A DNA stretch of 64,000 nt from Chloroflexota bacterium (lineage in GTDB: Bacteria; Chloroflexota; Dehalococcoidia; SZUA-161). Both the position numbers and the translations under genes were made by a program. Positions within the stretch are counted from its first letter, which is position 1, and every line of letters begins with the position of its first letter. The notes beneath the pieces are model-generated. The model made no database searches. It had not been told where the DNA came from and saw only the letters and a list, made by a program, of their open reading frames with translations. Location of the stretch: the NCBI GenBank assembly GCA_021787935.1, contig JAJYLC010000001.1:4598-68597 (forward strand), given 5' to 3'. Shown here in pieces: positions 1 through 9,597 of this stretch.

Positions 1-1206
1 ATATTCCTGCGATAGCCTGAGCCACCTCATCGCCCCGCCAATCGCCGGTGTGAATCAGGAGGATTGCATCGACCTCATCGCTACTGCTTAATATTTGTAC
101 TGGTCTCGTGTATAAGCTGAGATTGGTTGCTACAGCTATGCTGACATCCACGGGATTTCTGGTACTTGTCCCGGTCGGGGGTATAAATTCCTTCAATTTT
201 GCTCTGATGGGCGCTGAAAGTGCAGGTATCGTCAGCCCGAGCTTCTGGCACAGATCCGCCGAAATAGTTATGGGGCCACCCGTTCCAGATACAATTGCAA
301 CCCGCTTGCCCACTGTACGGTGTCCGAAATAGCTAAACAGCATGACATGGTCTATAAGCTCCTGGTAACTATCAACAGAAATTATACCTGACTGCTCAAA
401 CACACAGCTCCATATATTCTGGTTCCCGGCCATTGAGCCAGTATGGGAACTCACAAACTGAGAGCCGGCGGAGCTTTTCCCTCCTTTTATCATGATAATA
501 GGTTTTCGACGCGTAATCTCTCTGGCTAGCTGGATAAATCTCGCTCCATCCTTAGCACCCTCAATGTAGCCTGCTATTATCTCTGTGTCCGGGTCATGGC
601 CCAGATACGCAAGGAAATCAGCCCAGGTCAAGTCCCATTCATTACCACAGGCAATAACTTTACTAAATCCTACTCCTCGATTGCCTAGGTAGTTAGAGAA
701 GGCATAAGCCAAAGCTCCACTGTGAGAAATAAAACCCACCGGCCCGGGTTTCTTTGGCATATTAGCGAATATGGCCAAGCCAGCGGACGGTGAATATAAC
801 CCCATAGAATTAGGGCCTATTATCCTCACTCCTTTTTGTCGGGCAAAGCTCAGTATTTCTTTAATCTCTGGCCGTTCCAGATTTACTTCCTCAGAAAAGG
901 CACTAAAAACAACAATTCCCTTTACCTCTTTCTCGATGCACTCCTTCACTATTGCGATTGCAGCGTCCGGAGGCAAAGTTATCACAGCCAGGTCAATCTC
1001 GCCAGCTACATCCTTCACGCTGGCATAAACGTTTAGATCGAGTATGCGCCGACTTGTGTCAGGGTTTATCGGATAAAGAGAACCGCTGAAATCCAGGTCG
1101 ATGAACCCTTTCAGCAGGAGGTAGCCTAGCTTATCGGGGTTACTGGAAGCACCGATAATAGCAACGGAACGAGGGTTAAAGATTCGGGTGAGTTCTTCTA
1201 TCACAC
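1..1206 (-). CDS. NDP-forming acyl-CoA synthetase alpha-like CoA-binding protein (partial; C-terminus lies beyond window start)
   Basis: Absent from the ORF track because the frame runs off coordinate 1. Manual minus-strand translation is stop-free from ~1206 down to 1 and reads ...IFNPRSVAIIGAS...VRIIGPNSMGLYSP...GPVGFISHSGALAYAFSNYLGNRGVGFSKVIACGNE...IMIKGGKSSAG... It is clearly paralogous to CDS 22831-24318. Start codon uncertain (first aligned in-frame candidate is GTG at 1204-1206). Confidence 0.55.
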
Positions 1207-1538
1207 TACTTTTTCTAATAGGTCTTTTCTTGGCTGCTACTTTCAGGCTGAGTGCACGCGCACTTTGCGTGGGACACTTTAGCTAATACATTCTACATTG
1301 CTACTACCTTCTTTTCAAATGGCTCACGAATTGAGGTCGTTTAGCAATGAGTCTACCATACCGACGAAAGTCGGTATCCAGATACCTCCACCGTAATTTT
1401 GAAGTTGGGTTTTCCGGATTCCGTGTCAAGCACGGAATGGTAATTGGGTTTCTACTCACGAATTTAGGAGTTCACTGGCTGACTTCGGGCTTGGAGCAGG
1501 CTGCCGGTCGAGGCAATTAAACTCTATGAATCAGCAGC

Positions 1539-2771
1539 CTAGTTTATTATTCCTGCCTTTCTTAGTACACTGATACGCGTGGCATCATAGCCAATGCTGT
1601 GCAGCACCTCTTCAGTGTGTTGTCCAAGTTGTGAAGCCCAGTTAGCAACCCGAAATGGCGAGTCTGAAAGCTTTACCAAAGGACCTACCTGCCTGGTGTG
1701 CCCTAAGATAGGATGAGGCATTTCCCTGATAGTGCCACGGTGGATCAAATGAGGGTCAGACACCAACTCATCAAAAGAATATACCGGTGCAACACAGGTA
1801 TCTTTTTGCCGCAGCAATTTTACCCATTCATCGCGGGTCTTGGTCAGAAAAGTCTGTTTGAAGAATTCAAATATCTGCGCCTGCTTATTATTCCCTGCAT
1901 ATTGATGCTCAATGAAGTCTTCACGTCCCAGAAGCTGACACAAATTGGCATAAAACCATGGCTCAACAGCACCTATGCTGATATACTTTCCATCCTTTGT
2001 TTCATAAACGTTATACCACGGCCACTGGCCAGTGAACATCGTCTCTCCTCTTTTAGGCAGCGGCCCTCCGTACAAGTATTCATTTATCCATTCACCCATG
2101 AGTCCAACTACCGCATCGGTCATAGATACATCCACAAATTGTCCAAGCCCTGTCCTTTGGCGTGAGGCAAGCGCAGCCAGAATCCCGATCGCTGCGGACA
2201 TTCCGCCTGCGGCGAAGTCTGCAACCAACGTACCGGGAAGTGCCGGAGCACCGCCGGCATTCCCCGTCATATCTAAAAGACCACCAATCGAAATGTAATT
2301 AATATCGTGACCAGCCACATCGCGGTAAGGACCATCTTGCCCAAAGCCCGTTATTGAAGCATATACAATTGCTGGATTGATTTTTCTAACGGTCTCGTAG
2401 CCGATGCCTAAGCGATGGGTAACGCCGGGCCTAAAACTCTCTACTATGACGTCAGCAGTTTTGACTAGCTCATAAAATATCTCGAGCCCGGCTTCCGCTT
2501 TTAGATTAATTCCCGCGAATCTGCAATTCCGTAAGCCGGGGAATTTGGGTAGGTCCGGGAACTGCAATTTTATGGGGCCTCCGCGACTTTCCAGGTGAGG
2601 CTCATGGATTTTTATAATGTCAGTGCCAAGGTCGCCCAGAATCCGAGCGCAAAAGGGTCCAGGGCCAAACAGAGCCATATCCAGTACTCTTATACCTGCC
2701 AAGGCCGCAGATTTCTCTTCACGGCCGGGCTGGGATTCCGCGCCATTGGTCTCCATATAACCTCCCTCCAA
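1539..2771 (-). CDS. CoA-transferase family III (CaiB/BaiF-like)
   Basis: 410-aa ORF; N-terminal GIRVLDMALFGPGPFCARILGDLGTDIIKIEP motif typical of family III CoA-transferases. Confidence 0.8.
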   Translation of the reverse strand: MEGGYMETNGAESQPGREEKSAALAGIRVLDMALFGPGPFCARILGDLGTDIIKIHEPHLESRGGPIKLQFPDLPKFPGLRNCRFAGINLKAEAGLEIFYELVKTADVIVESFRPGVTHRLGIGYETVRKINPAIVYASITGFGQDGPYRDVAGHDINYISIGGLLDMTGNAGGAPALPGTLVADFAAGGMSAAIGILAALASRQRTGLGQFVDVSMTDAVVGLMGEWINEYLYGGPLPKRGETMFTGQWPWYNVYETKDGKYISIGAVEPWFYANLCQLLGREDFIEHQYAGNNKQAQIFEFFKQTFLTKTRDEWVKLLRQKDTCVAPVYSFDELVSDPHLIHRGTIREMPHPILGHTRQVGPLVKLSDSPFRVANWASQLGQHTEEVLHSIGYDATRISVLRKAGIIN

Positions 2772-2837
2772 TTAAGAGCCAAGGGTAATAAATTCAATAA
2801 AATTCGCGTTACGATGACAGTCAGTGGATATGAGAGC

Positions 2838-4184
2838 CTACGCGGGTTGGATTCTATAAAATGTTTCGTCGAACTCAGGCCGCCCCACGTACTTTTTGTA
2901 GTAGCTTTCTGCCATTTTCTCCATTAGCTCGAGGAAGTTGTCTGGCAATTCTATCCCCAGTTGTCTATAAGCTTCTATCAGGTCTCGCCTGCTCGGTGGG
3001 CAACCCTTGATGCTTACACAATGGCTAATCAGGGGGTTGTTCTTGTTTCTCTTCACCTGACATTGTCCAACAAGGAGGGTGTGTTTATGCTCTCCTGAGG
3101 GATTAAGAATTCTACCATGCAACACTTCGATATCATCAAAGGGCTGGTCTTTATTCTTTGCCATCAAGATACCCCAAATAACGTAATAAATGAAATCCGT
3201 GCAATATGTACACATAGTCTTATCTGCCTGAGGGTATGTCAGTCCCTTTATTCCGGCCCTTTCAAAGAACTGGGGCAGCTCACCTGAGTCACTTTGTTTG
3301 AATTCCCACTCATGGGGAGCTAAAGCCGTCCTGATATCAATATCTCCCATGATATTTATGTCACTCAAATCAATCGGCCTACCTTTACAATCAGCCGTGT
3401 ACACAATGTACGGAATAGTATGTGGTTCTATACCAAGTATTGTTGCCCCCACCTTGTCGGCCGAGAGGACATCCTTTGAAGCTATGATGATGTTAGAGCG
3501 ATGTGCCAGACCAGTATAAAGAGGCCCTCTCTCTAACGAATAAATGCCATCTATGATAGTAAGTGACGGCGAGAGTATATCTGGCAATCTGGACAAGTGA
3601 TAATCCAGATCGATGCTACCTTCCGGGGTGTGGCATTTTTTTCTGGAAGGTATGCTGAGCACACCTTTCAAGTTTTTGATACCCAGGGAAACCATAGTCT
3701 GGGCATGAGTCTTAAGTGCCGGCATATTGATTATAAAGTCGGCTTCAAGGATATCCTTGCTGACTGATAGCGTCACCCCATCTGCAGTGACATTGGTGAA
3801 TCTTCCTCTCAGTGCGTCGATAATCTTGATGCCGTAGCGCTTTGCTAAAATATCGAGCCCCATGCCTTTGGCTACGCGCTCAAGTGTTGATTCCGGTTTC
3901 TTCTCTATTTCAACTACGCCCTCTATTATTGTGATGTCTTTAGCCCCGTGCTCCTTCAGCAGGATTAGCATATCCTCAATAAGCCGTGCCGTAGTGAGAA
4001 CGCCATACTTGGGAAAGTTGACTCCTTCATGCCAGACACAGAAGTTAGGTTTGATAAAAACCCTGGATTGGGCGGAAATTCCTGCAAGCCCTCCAATGAG
4101 GTCCACTGTTTTCTTCAACGACTCAAGGGGCTTTTCATATCTCACGACTGCGACATCGTGCATTACACTTCCCATCCTTGTCAA
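2838..4184 (-). CDS. DUF362 domain protein (putative Fe-S associated)
   Basis: 448-aa ORF. N-terminal VAVVRYEKP...VFIKPNF resembles the DUF362 signature. Cys-rich C-terminus. Confidence 0.6.
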   Translation of the reverse strand: MTRMGSVMHDVAVVRYEKPLESLKKTVDLIGGLAGISAQSRVFIKPNFCVWHEGVNFPKYGVLTTARLIEDMLILLKEHGAKDITIIEGVVEIEKKPESTLERVAKGMGLDILAKRYGIKIIDALRGRFTNVTADGVTLSVSKDILEADFIINMPALKTHAQTMVSLGIKNLKGVLSIPSRKKCHTPEGSIDLDYHLSRLPDILSPSLTIIDGIYSLERGPLYTGLAHRSNIIIASKDVLSADKVGATILGIEPHTIPYIVYTADCKGRPIDLSDINIMGDIDIRTALAPHEWEFKQSDSGELPQFFERAGIKGLTYPQADKTMCTYCTDFIYYVIWGILMAKNKDQPFDDIEVLHGRILNPSGEHKHTLLVGQCQVKRNKNNPLISHCVSIKGCPPSRRDLIEAYRQLGIELPDNFLELMEKMAESYYKKYVGRPEFDETFYRIQPA

Positions 4185-4395
4185 TACGCAATTTCATATA
4201 CAATGAAGAGCTTAATTGAGGCTTTATAATGTAGCTGCTATAGAGTATGTTAAGAGCGCTGCAGCACGGTTGTCAAGAGCGTTGAGAAGTCGAAAGCGAC
4301 AGAGAGGCAGATTCATCCTTTCTTCATTGTCACCTTTTCATTCTTTGTGATAGAATTAGATTCACCATCACGAGCGATGCTGCGGAGGAGAGTTA

Positions 4396-4803
4396 ATGGA
4401 TAAACGTAAAATCCGTGTATTGCTTGGTAAGATAGGGCTTGATGGCCATGATAGAGGGATAAGGATGATCGCCACATGGCTCTCCAAAGGTGGCATGGAA
4501 GTAGTGTATATGGGAACCCATCAGACAGCAGAGCGCATGGCGCGAACGGCGATCGATGAGGATGTAGATGTTATTGGCCTGAGTTTCCAGGGGGCAGACC
4601 ATGTTCCCTTGATCAGAATGATGGCTGACCAGATAAAGCGCAACAACCTGGAAGACAGACTGCTTGTAGTCGGTGGCAATATTCCTCGCCGTGATATCGA
4701 AGTGCTAAAGCAGATGGGGGTTGATGAGGTGTTCCCCAGCGGCACAGCTATGAGCAAGTGCGTGGCCTACGTCCGGGAGAATGCTTTCAAGAGGAGGAAT
4801 TGA
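4396..4803 (+). CDS. acyl-CoA mutase B12-binding small subunit (methylmalonyl-CoA mutase C-terminal domain-like)
   Basis: 135 aa; canonical cobalamin-binding DxHxxG motif (GLDGHDRG) and MCM B12-domain-like sequence. Confidence 0.85.
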   Translation: MDKRKIRVLLGKIGLDGHDRGIRMIATWLSKGGMEVVYMGTHQTAERMARTAIDEDVDVIGLSFQGADHVPLIRMMADQIKRNNLEDRLLVVGGNIPRRDIEVLKQMGVDEVFPSGTAMSKCVAYVRENAFKRRN

Positions 4804-4804
4804 A

Positions 4805-6538
4805 ATGGTAGGGCAGATGAAGGAGCAGATAAAGGGCGGTTACTTCGAGAAAGCAGAGAGGCAGGAGACCTGGTCTGGTATCCCGGTGAAACCACTTTAT
4901 ACCCCTGATGATGTCAAGAGCATAAAATATCCCGAGCAAGTTGGCGACCCGGGTCAATATCCATTTACCAGAGGTATATATAAGGACATGTATAGGGGTC
5001 GATTGTGGAGCCGGCGGCAGATTACGGGTTGCTCAACTCCAAAGCTGACTAACGAGCGGCTCAGGTATCTTATCAGCCAGGGAGAGAGCGCCATCAATGT
5101 CATCTGCGACCAACCCACTCAAATCCAGATTGACTCTGACCATCCCTGGGCGGAGGGAAGCGTGGGTCGTGCAGGTACTCCAATCAACACCATGCAGGAT
5201 GTATGGACCATCATGGATGGAATACGCCTGGATAAAACCAGCACCATGCTCACTGCACATTCACCACTTACTCTTCCATCCTACATGTTACTGGCAGACA
5301 AACAGGGAGTACCTTACTCTGAACTGAGGGTGAGCGGTGTAATCACACCCCCAACAGTATCAGCGCCAGTCTGTCTATATGGTGGCCGTGAATCAGCGGA
5401 TCAGCAGGGAATCCCGTGGAGTACAGTGGTGACGCAAGGCAACAATGAACGACTATTTGATGTACAACAGAAGAGAATGAAGGAGTTCGCTGACAAGCTG
5501 GAGTTCATAATAAAGAACTGCGATAAGATGTACCCAGCAAATTTCAACGGATACATCATTAGAGAAGTCGGCGTTGGGGCGGCTGAGGAGGTGGCTTGGG
5601 AATTTGCCAGGGCGTTCGAATCGTTTGATATGCTCACTAAACGCGGTATGGATATCAACCTCGTTGCGCAGAAAGTCAGTTTCACTTTCAGTGCTATGAT
5701 CGATATATTTGAAGAGGCAGTTAAATTCAGGACAGCCAGGCGGGTCTGGGCACGCAATCTCAAGAAGAAATTTGGAGTCACTGATCCACGCGCCTTGTGG
5801 CTCAAGTTCCACGTAAATACGGCAGGAGTCATGATGGAGCGCCAGCAACCGATTATAAATATCATTCGCGCTGCCTATGGTGCTTTGGCAGCGGTCCTGG
5901 GTGGCACACAATCACTTCAGGTAGCTGGCTATGACGAGGCAATAGCAATCCCAACAGAGGAAGCAGCAACTATTGCACTACGCACCCAGCAGATTTTAGC
6001 CTATGAATCTGGAGTTGCGACAGTAGCCGATCCTTTGGGCGGCTCCTATTACGTGGAGAGCCTGACTGAAAAGATGGATGAGAAAATGCAAAAGATAATT
6101 GATACGATAGATGCAATGGGTGGAATGACAAAAGCAGTAATCAGCGGATACATTGACCGTGAGATGGAAAAGGCCTGGCTAAAGTACCAGCAGGAACTAG
6201 AGGAAAAGAAACGCATTGTCGTCGGCGTTAATGAGTTTGCTATTCCTGAAGAGGAAGATGCTGATGTGGAGGCATATCACCATCAGGTTGATTTCGACTT
6301 AGTTCATAGATATATTGAGGACCTCAAAGAATTCAAGCGTACCCGCTCCCGAACGAAGGTTAAAAAAGCTTTGGAAAACCTGCGTCGTGCTGTTGAGACC
6401 AGCGACCCGGAGATACTCCGTTTTGAGATGGAGTGTTGCAAGGCCGGCTGCACTACCGGTGAGGTCGGGGGAGCTAAGAGGATAGGTGTAGGTTTGCCCT
6501 ATGACCCGATGGGGATTCTGGAGTACCCTTTCGACTAG
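4805..6538 (+). CDS. acyl-CoA mutase large (catalytic) subunit, methylmalonyl-CoA mutase family
   Basis: Track ORF 4781-6538. AGAGGAGGAA Shine-Dalgarno at 4789-4798 followed by ATG at 4805 gives MVGQMKEQIKGG... Homologous to the MCM TIM-barrel domain (…RTHTQTSG-like, SLQVAGYDEAIAIPTEEAA…). Overlaps the small subunit stop, suggesting translational coupling. Confidence 0.85.
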   Translation: MVGQMKEQIKGGYFEKAERQETWSGIPVKPLYTPDDVKSIKYPEQVGDPGQYPFTRGIYKDMYRGRLWSRRQITGCSTPKLTNERLRYLISQGESAINVICDQPTQIQIDSDHPWAEGSVGRAGTPINTMQDVWTIMDGIRLDKTSTMLTAHSPLTLPSYMLLADKQGVPYSELRVSGVITPPTVSAPVCLYGGRESADQQGIPWSTVVTQGNNERLFDVQQKRMKEFADKLEFIIKNCDKMYPANFNGYIIREVGVGAAEEVAWEFARAFESFDMLTKRGMDINLVAQKVSFTFSAMIDIFEEAVKFRTARRVWARNLKKKFGVTDPRALWLKFHVNTAGVMMERQQPIINIIRAAYGALAAVLGGTQSLQVAGYDEAIAIPTEEAATIALRTQQILAYESGVATVADPLGGSYYVESLTEKMDEKMQKIIDTIDAMGGMTKAVISGYIDREMEKAWLKYQQELEEKKRIVVGVNEFAIPEEEDADVEAYHHQVDFDLVHRYIEDLKEFKRTRSRTKVKKALENLRRAVETSDPEILRFEMECCKAGCTTGEVGGAKRIGVGLPYDPMGILEYPFD

Positions 6539-6555
6539 CATAGAGTATGGGTAAT

Positions 6556-6954
6556 CTAATTACGGGCAACCGATTTTATTAACTCAATGAGATAATTTGT
6601 GTCTGTGCCAGCACCAAAGACCTCTTTAATGCCCTGTTTCTTTAGCCAGTCGATATCCTCATCAGGGATCAATCCTCCAACCAGAACCATTACATTCCCC
6701 AAACCCTTTTCTTTGAGCAAACGCATCACCACAGGGACATGGTCATCGTAAGCACCTGTTGAGAAACTCATGCCAATAACACTGGCATCCTCTTGCACGG
6801 CCGAAGTGGCTACTTCTTCAGGCCGCATGTATACTATATAAACTACTTCAAAGCCTGCGTCTCTCAAAATCGTGGCGACACTCTTCACTCCTCTATCATG
6901 GCACTCCATCCAATGCTTGACTAAAAGTACTTTAGTTCTGCCTTGGGATTTCAA
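6556..6954 (-). CDS. acyl-CoA mutase B12-binding small subunit (second copy)
   Basis: 132 aa; B12-binding domain with ExHxxG variant (ECHDRG); homologous to CDS 4396-4803. Confidence 0.8.
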   Translation of the reverse strand: MKSQGRTKVLLVKHWMECHDRGVKSVATILRDAGFEVVYIVYMRPEEVATSAVQEDASVIGMSFSTGAYDDHVPVVMRLLKEKGLGNVMVLVGGLIPDEDIDWLKKQGIKEVFGAGTDTNYLIELIKSVARN

Positions 6955-6992
6955 TTTATCTACCTCCCGGTTTAATTTGGGCTTGGCTCCGT

Positions 6993-8699
6993 CTACATTT
7001 GCACTGCCATAGTGTACTCAGGTCCCCACTTGAAAACTTTTCTCAATGTCTTCGATATCTCGCCACAGGTAGCCCTTGCTCTGGCAGCTTCGACACATGC
7101 AGGCATAATATGACCGTACTCGCCTTTGTCCAACCGCTTAGCTGCTGCTACCAGAGCGTTGAGCGCTGCATCAGTTTTTGCCTGATCACGCTTAGCTTTA
7201 AATTCCTTAATGCGTTCTATAGCGACCTTGGCCACCTTGGGATCAGCTCTAAATGGTTTAATAACTTGTTTCTCCGGGACTGTATATTTGTTCCAACCCA
7301 CGACTACGCGCTCGCCCTTATCGATAGAACGGCGCCACTGGGCAGAGTGCTTCCGTAGTTCGGCCATTAGCATCCCATTCTTGTGGGCCTTAACAAATCC
7401 GCCAGCGTCCTCTATTTCCTTTAAAATCTTTCTCGCTTCCTGCTCCATCCGGTGGGTGAGCCACTCCACATAGTAGGAGCCTGCAAGCGGGTCGCTCACC
7501 TTAGTTATGCCCGTCTCATGACGTATTACCTGTTGTATCCTGAGCGCCAGAACAGCAGATTCTTCGGTAGGAATGCCAATCGGTTCGTCATATGCAGCAA
7601 CTTCCATGGCTGTTGTTCCGGAAAGCGCTGCCCCCAGGGCATGGAAGGAGCTTCGAATCAGGTTGACTAACGGTTGTTGCTTTGTCAGCTCAAAACAGGA
7701 GGTGTGCGTATGTGTTCTCAACTGCATTGACGAAGCTCTCTTACAACCATATCTATCATGTGCAATATTAGCCCATAACTTTCTCCAAGCCCTGAACATG
7801 CAGATATATTCAAAGAAATCATTGCACTGCGCTATTTGAAATCCTATCCCAGGCATAAATGCATCCGGGTCCAGCCCCGCTGCCACGCAAGAGTCTGCGA
7901 TAGCGATGGCAGTAGCTATACCATATGTCATCTGGTGAACAGCGTCTGCACCACTTTCCGACATGCCGTGGCCCTGAATGTTCGTATGATTCCAGTTAGG
8001 CATTTCTTTACTGCAGAACCAGATTACATCTGTAGCTAATTTCAAACCGCCTTCGGGTTCCCACATGTGGTTGGGGGCATACCAGGCTCCGAATTGCCAG
8101 TTCATGGTGTTTCCACGAAGCTGGCTGGGTTTGAGTCCTTGTGTCTCTGCATAAACTATGAAGTGCGCAAGGTAAGCAAGAGTATCGCCGTTTATCAGTA
8201 CAATGTTAGTCTTTGTCAGGTCCATGCCATGTAGCATTCGGCCGAAATCTTCGAAGGTAGGGCAACTTACTCCATCCTTGCCAATATACCCCTGCGCATC
8301 AGGCTCGTCTGGATCAACCCCAAAGTGGGTCGGTACATCGCACACAATATTGTAAGCCCTGCCGCCAAAATAGCCCTCCATCCCGGCCGCAGCGAGTTTG
8401 TCCATTCGCTCTCGTGTATGTTCAGGCAACCCATAGCCATGCACAGGCTGGTTTATCCAAGATTGAAATTGATAATGTATGGGATAGTTGCTCCTCATAT
8501 AAGGATATGCGCCAGGGAAACCGATGTCTTTCTCAAAATCGAGGTCTTGTAAATCCAGAGGAGTATATAAAGACTTTATCGGTATGCCGGAGGAGTCCGT
8601 TGTCGAAGAAAAGTCTTTACCCTGATATCTCTGAGCAATGGCTTCATCATATTGTTTCATGAGTTTGCGACATTGTTCCACTGTCTTTTCATCAAACAT
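6993..8699 (-). CDS. acyl-CoA mutase large subunit (second, divergent copy)
   Basis: 568 aa. Homology to the MCM catalytic domain (…LRTHTHTS…AMEVAAYDEPIGIPTEESAVLALRIQQVI…DPLAGSYYVEWLT…). Gene order large-then-small, opposite to the first pair. Confidence 0.8.
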   Translation of the reverse strand: MFDEKTVEQCRKLMKQYDEAIAQRYQGKDFSSTTDSSGIPIKSLYTPLDLQDLDFEKDIGFPGAYPYMRSNYPIHYQFQSWINQPVHGYGLPEHTRERMDKLAAAGMEGYFGGRAYNIVCDVPTHFGVDPDEPDAQGYIGKDGVSCPTFEDFGRMLHGMDLTKTNIVLINGDTLAYLAHFIVYAETQGLKPSQLRGNTMNWQFGAWYAPNHMWEPEGGLKLATDVIWFCSKEMPNWNHTNIQGHGMSESGADAVHQMTYGIATAIAIADSCVAAGLDPDAFMPGIGFQIAQCNDFFEYICMFRAWRKLWANIAHDRYGCKRASSMQLRTHTHTSCFELTKQQPLVNLIRSSFHALGAALSGTTAMEVAAYDEPIGIPTEESAVLALRIQQVIRHETGITKVSDPLAGSYYVEWLTHRMEQEARKILKEIEDAGGFVKAHKNGMLMAELRKHSAQWRRSIDKGERVVVGWNKYTVPEKQVIKPFRADPKVAKVAIERIKEFKAKRDQAKTDAALNALVAAAKRLDKGEYGHIMPACVEAARARATCGEISKTLRKVFKWGPEYTMAVQM

Positions 8700-8763
8700 T
8701 ACTATCCTCCTCGTTTCGTAGTATGATATTCATTCGTTTATGATTTAAGCTGCATCGCAATTA

Positions 8764-9555
8764 CTATTTCTTGTCCCTGGTTTCTCCTTTTAGAAAGCGG
8801 TCAAAGGCATTACTCATGAACTCTGTAGCGAATATTGAGGGCATCATTCGCTCAGCCTGCTGGTAATCGCACATAGCATTACGGTTGAGTACGCTTTTAA
8901 TGTAGGCTTTGGCCATGTAGCTGTTGGCGGCGATCCGCCTGGCTATCTCTTCGCATTTTGGAATCAACTGGTCGTCCTCGAAAACGTCCAGCACGATTCC
9001 TAGGCGTTTCGCTTCCTCTGGACTGAGTTCCACGGCTGACATACACAGATAGGCTATGACTTGCTTGCCAAGCTTCTCCAGTCCACGGGTCACCGCCCAA
9101 GCAGGCAGTGCACCGTGATTGATCTCCTTTAGAGCAAACTTAGCGCTTCTGGCAGCAAACGTCATATCACAAGCACCTGAAATCTCAAAGCCGAATCCGA
9201 AGGCTGCGCCGTTTACCGCGGCGATGACCGGAGTTTCGCTCAGCTCAATGGCCTTGAAAGGTTCGAAACATGCCTTGACGAAGTCGAATCCCGCTTCGGT
9301 CTTTCCAACCGTAGCGAATTGTTCGACATCCGCACCGGCGGAAAATACAGGGAAAGGGGTACCTTTCTTGGGATGAGTGAAGGTTTGTCCAGTTAGAATC
9401 ATGCAGCCGACATCTTTATCTCCATCAAGCTCCTGTACCGCAGCGGCCAATTCGCTAAAAATCTGCCTATTGGCGGCATTGAATTTGTCAGGACGGTTGA
9501 AAGTCATAATGGCAATGTTGCCCTTCTTCTCCACTTTCATTACCTCGTATTTCAT
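8764..9555 (-). CDS. enoyl-CoA hydratase/isomerase (crotonase family)
   Basis: 263 aa; crotonase-fold motifs (…FSAGADV…; N-terminal IAIMTFNRPDKFNA). Confidence 0.8.
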   Translation of the reverse strand: MKYEVMKVEKKGNIAIMTFNRPDKFNAANRQIFSELAAAVQELDGDKDVGCMILTGQTFTHPKKGTPFPVFSAGADVEQFATVGKTEAGFDFVKACFEPFKAIELSETPVIAAVNGAAFGFGFEISGACDMTFAARSAKFALKEINHGALPAWAVTRGLEKLGKQVIAYLCMSAVELSPEEAKRLGIVLDVFEDDQLIPKCEEIARRIAANSYMAKAYIKSVLNRNAMCDYQQAERMMPSIFATEFMSNAFDRFLKGETRDKK

Positions 9556-9597
9556 AGGCCTCCTTAGTGAAATAAATTAATTCAATAGAAGAGATTT

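Noticed and set aside
1360-1438. Hairpins ACCGAC-GAAA-GTCGGT (1360-1375) and TTCCGTG-TCAAG-CACGGAA (1421-1439) as intrinsic terminators of the CaiB-like gene
   Set aside because: Both stems are clear, but neither is followed by a U-tract on the minus strand. They lie in the 5' leader of the ACD-like gene and may be leader structure instead. Left uncalled.
4781-4804. Upstream ATG (4781) as start of the mutase large subunit
   Set aside because: That ATG lies inside the small-subunit coding region, and a strong AGAGGAGG Shine-Dalgarno precedes the ATG at 4805. The shorter start is preferred.
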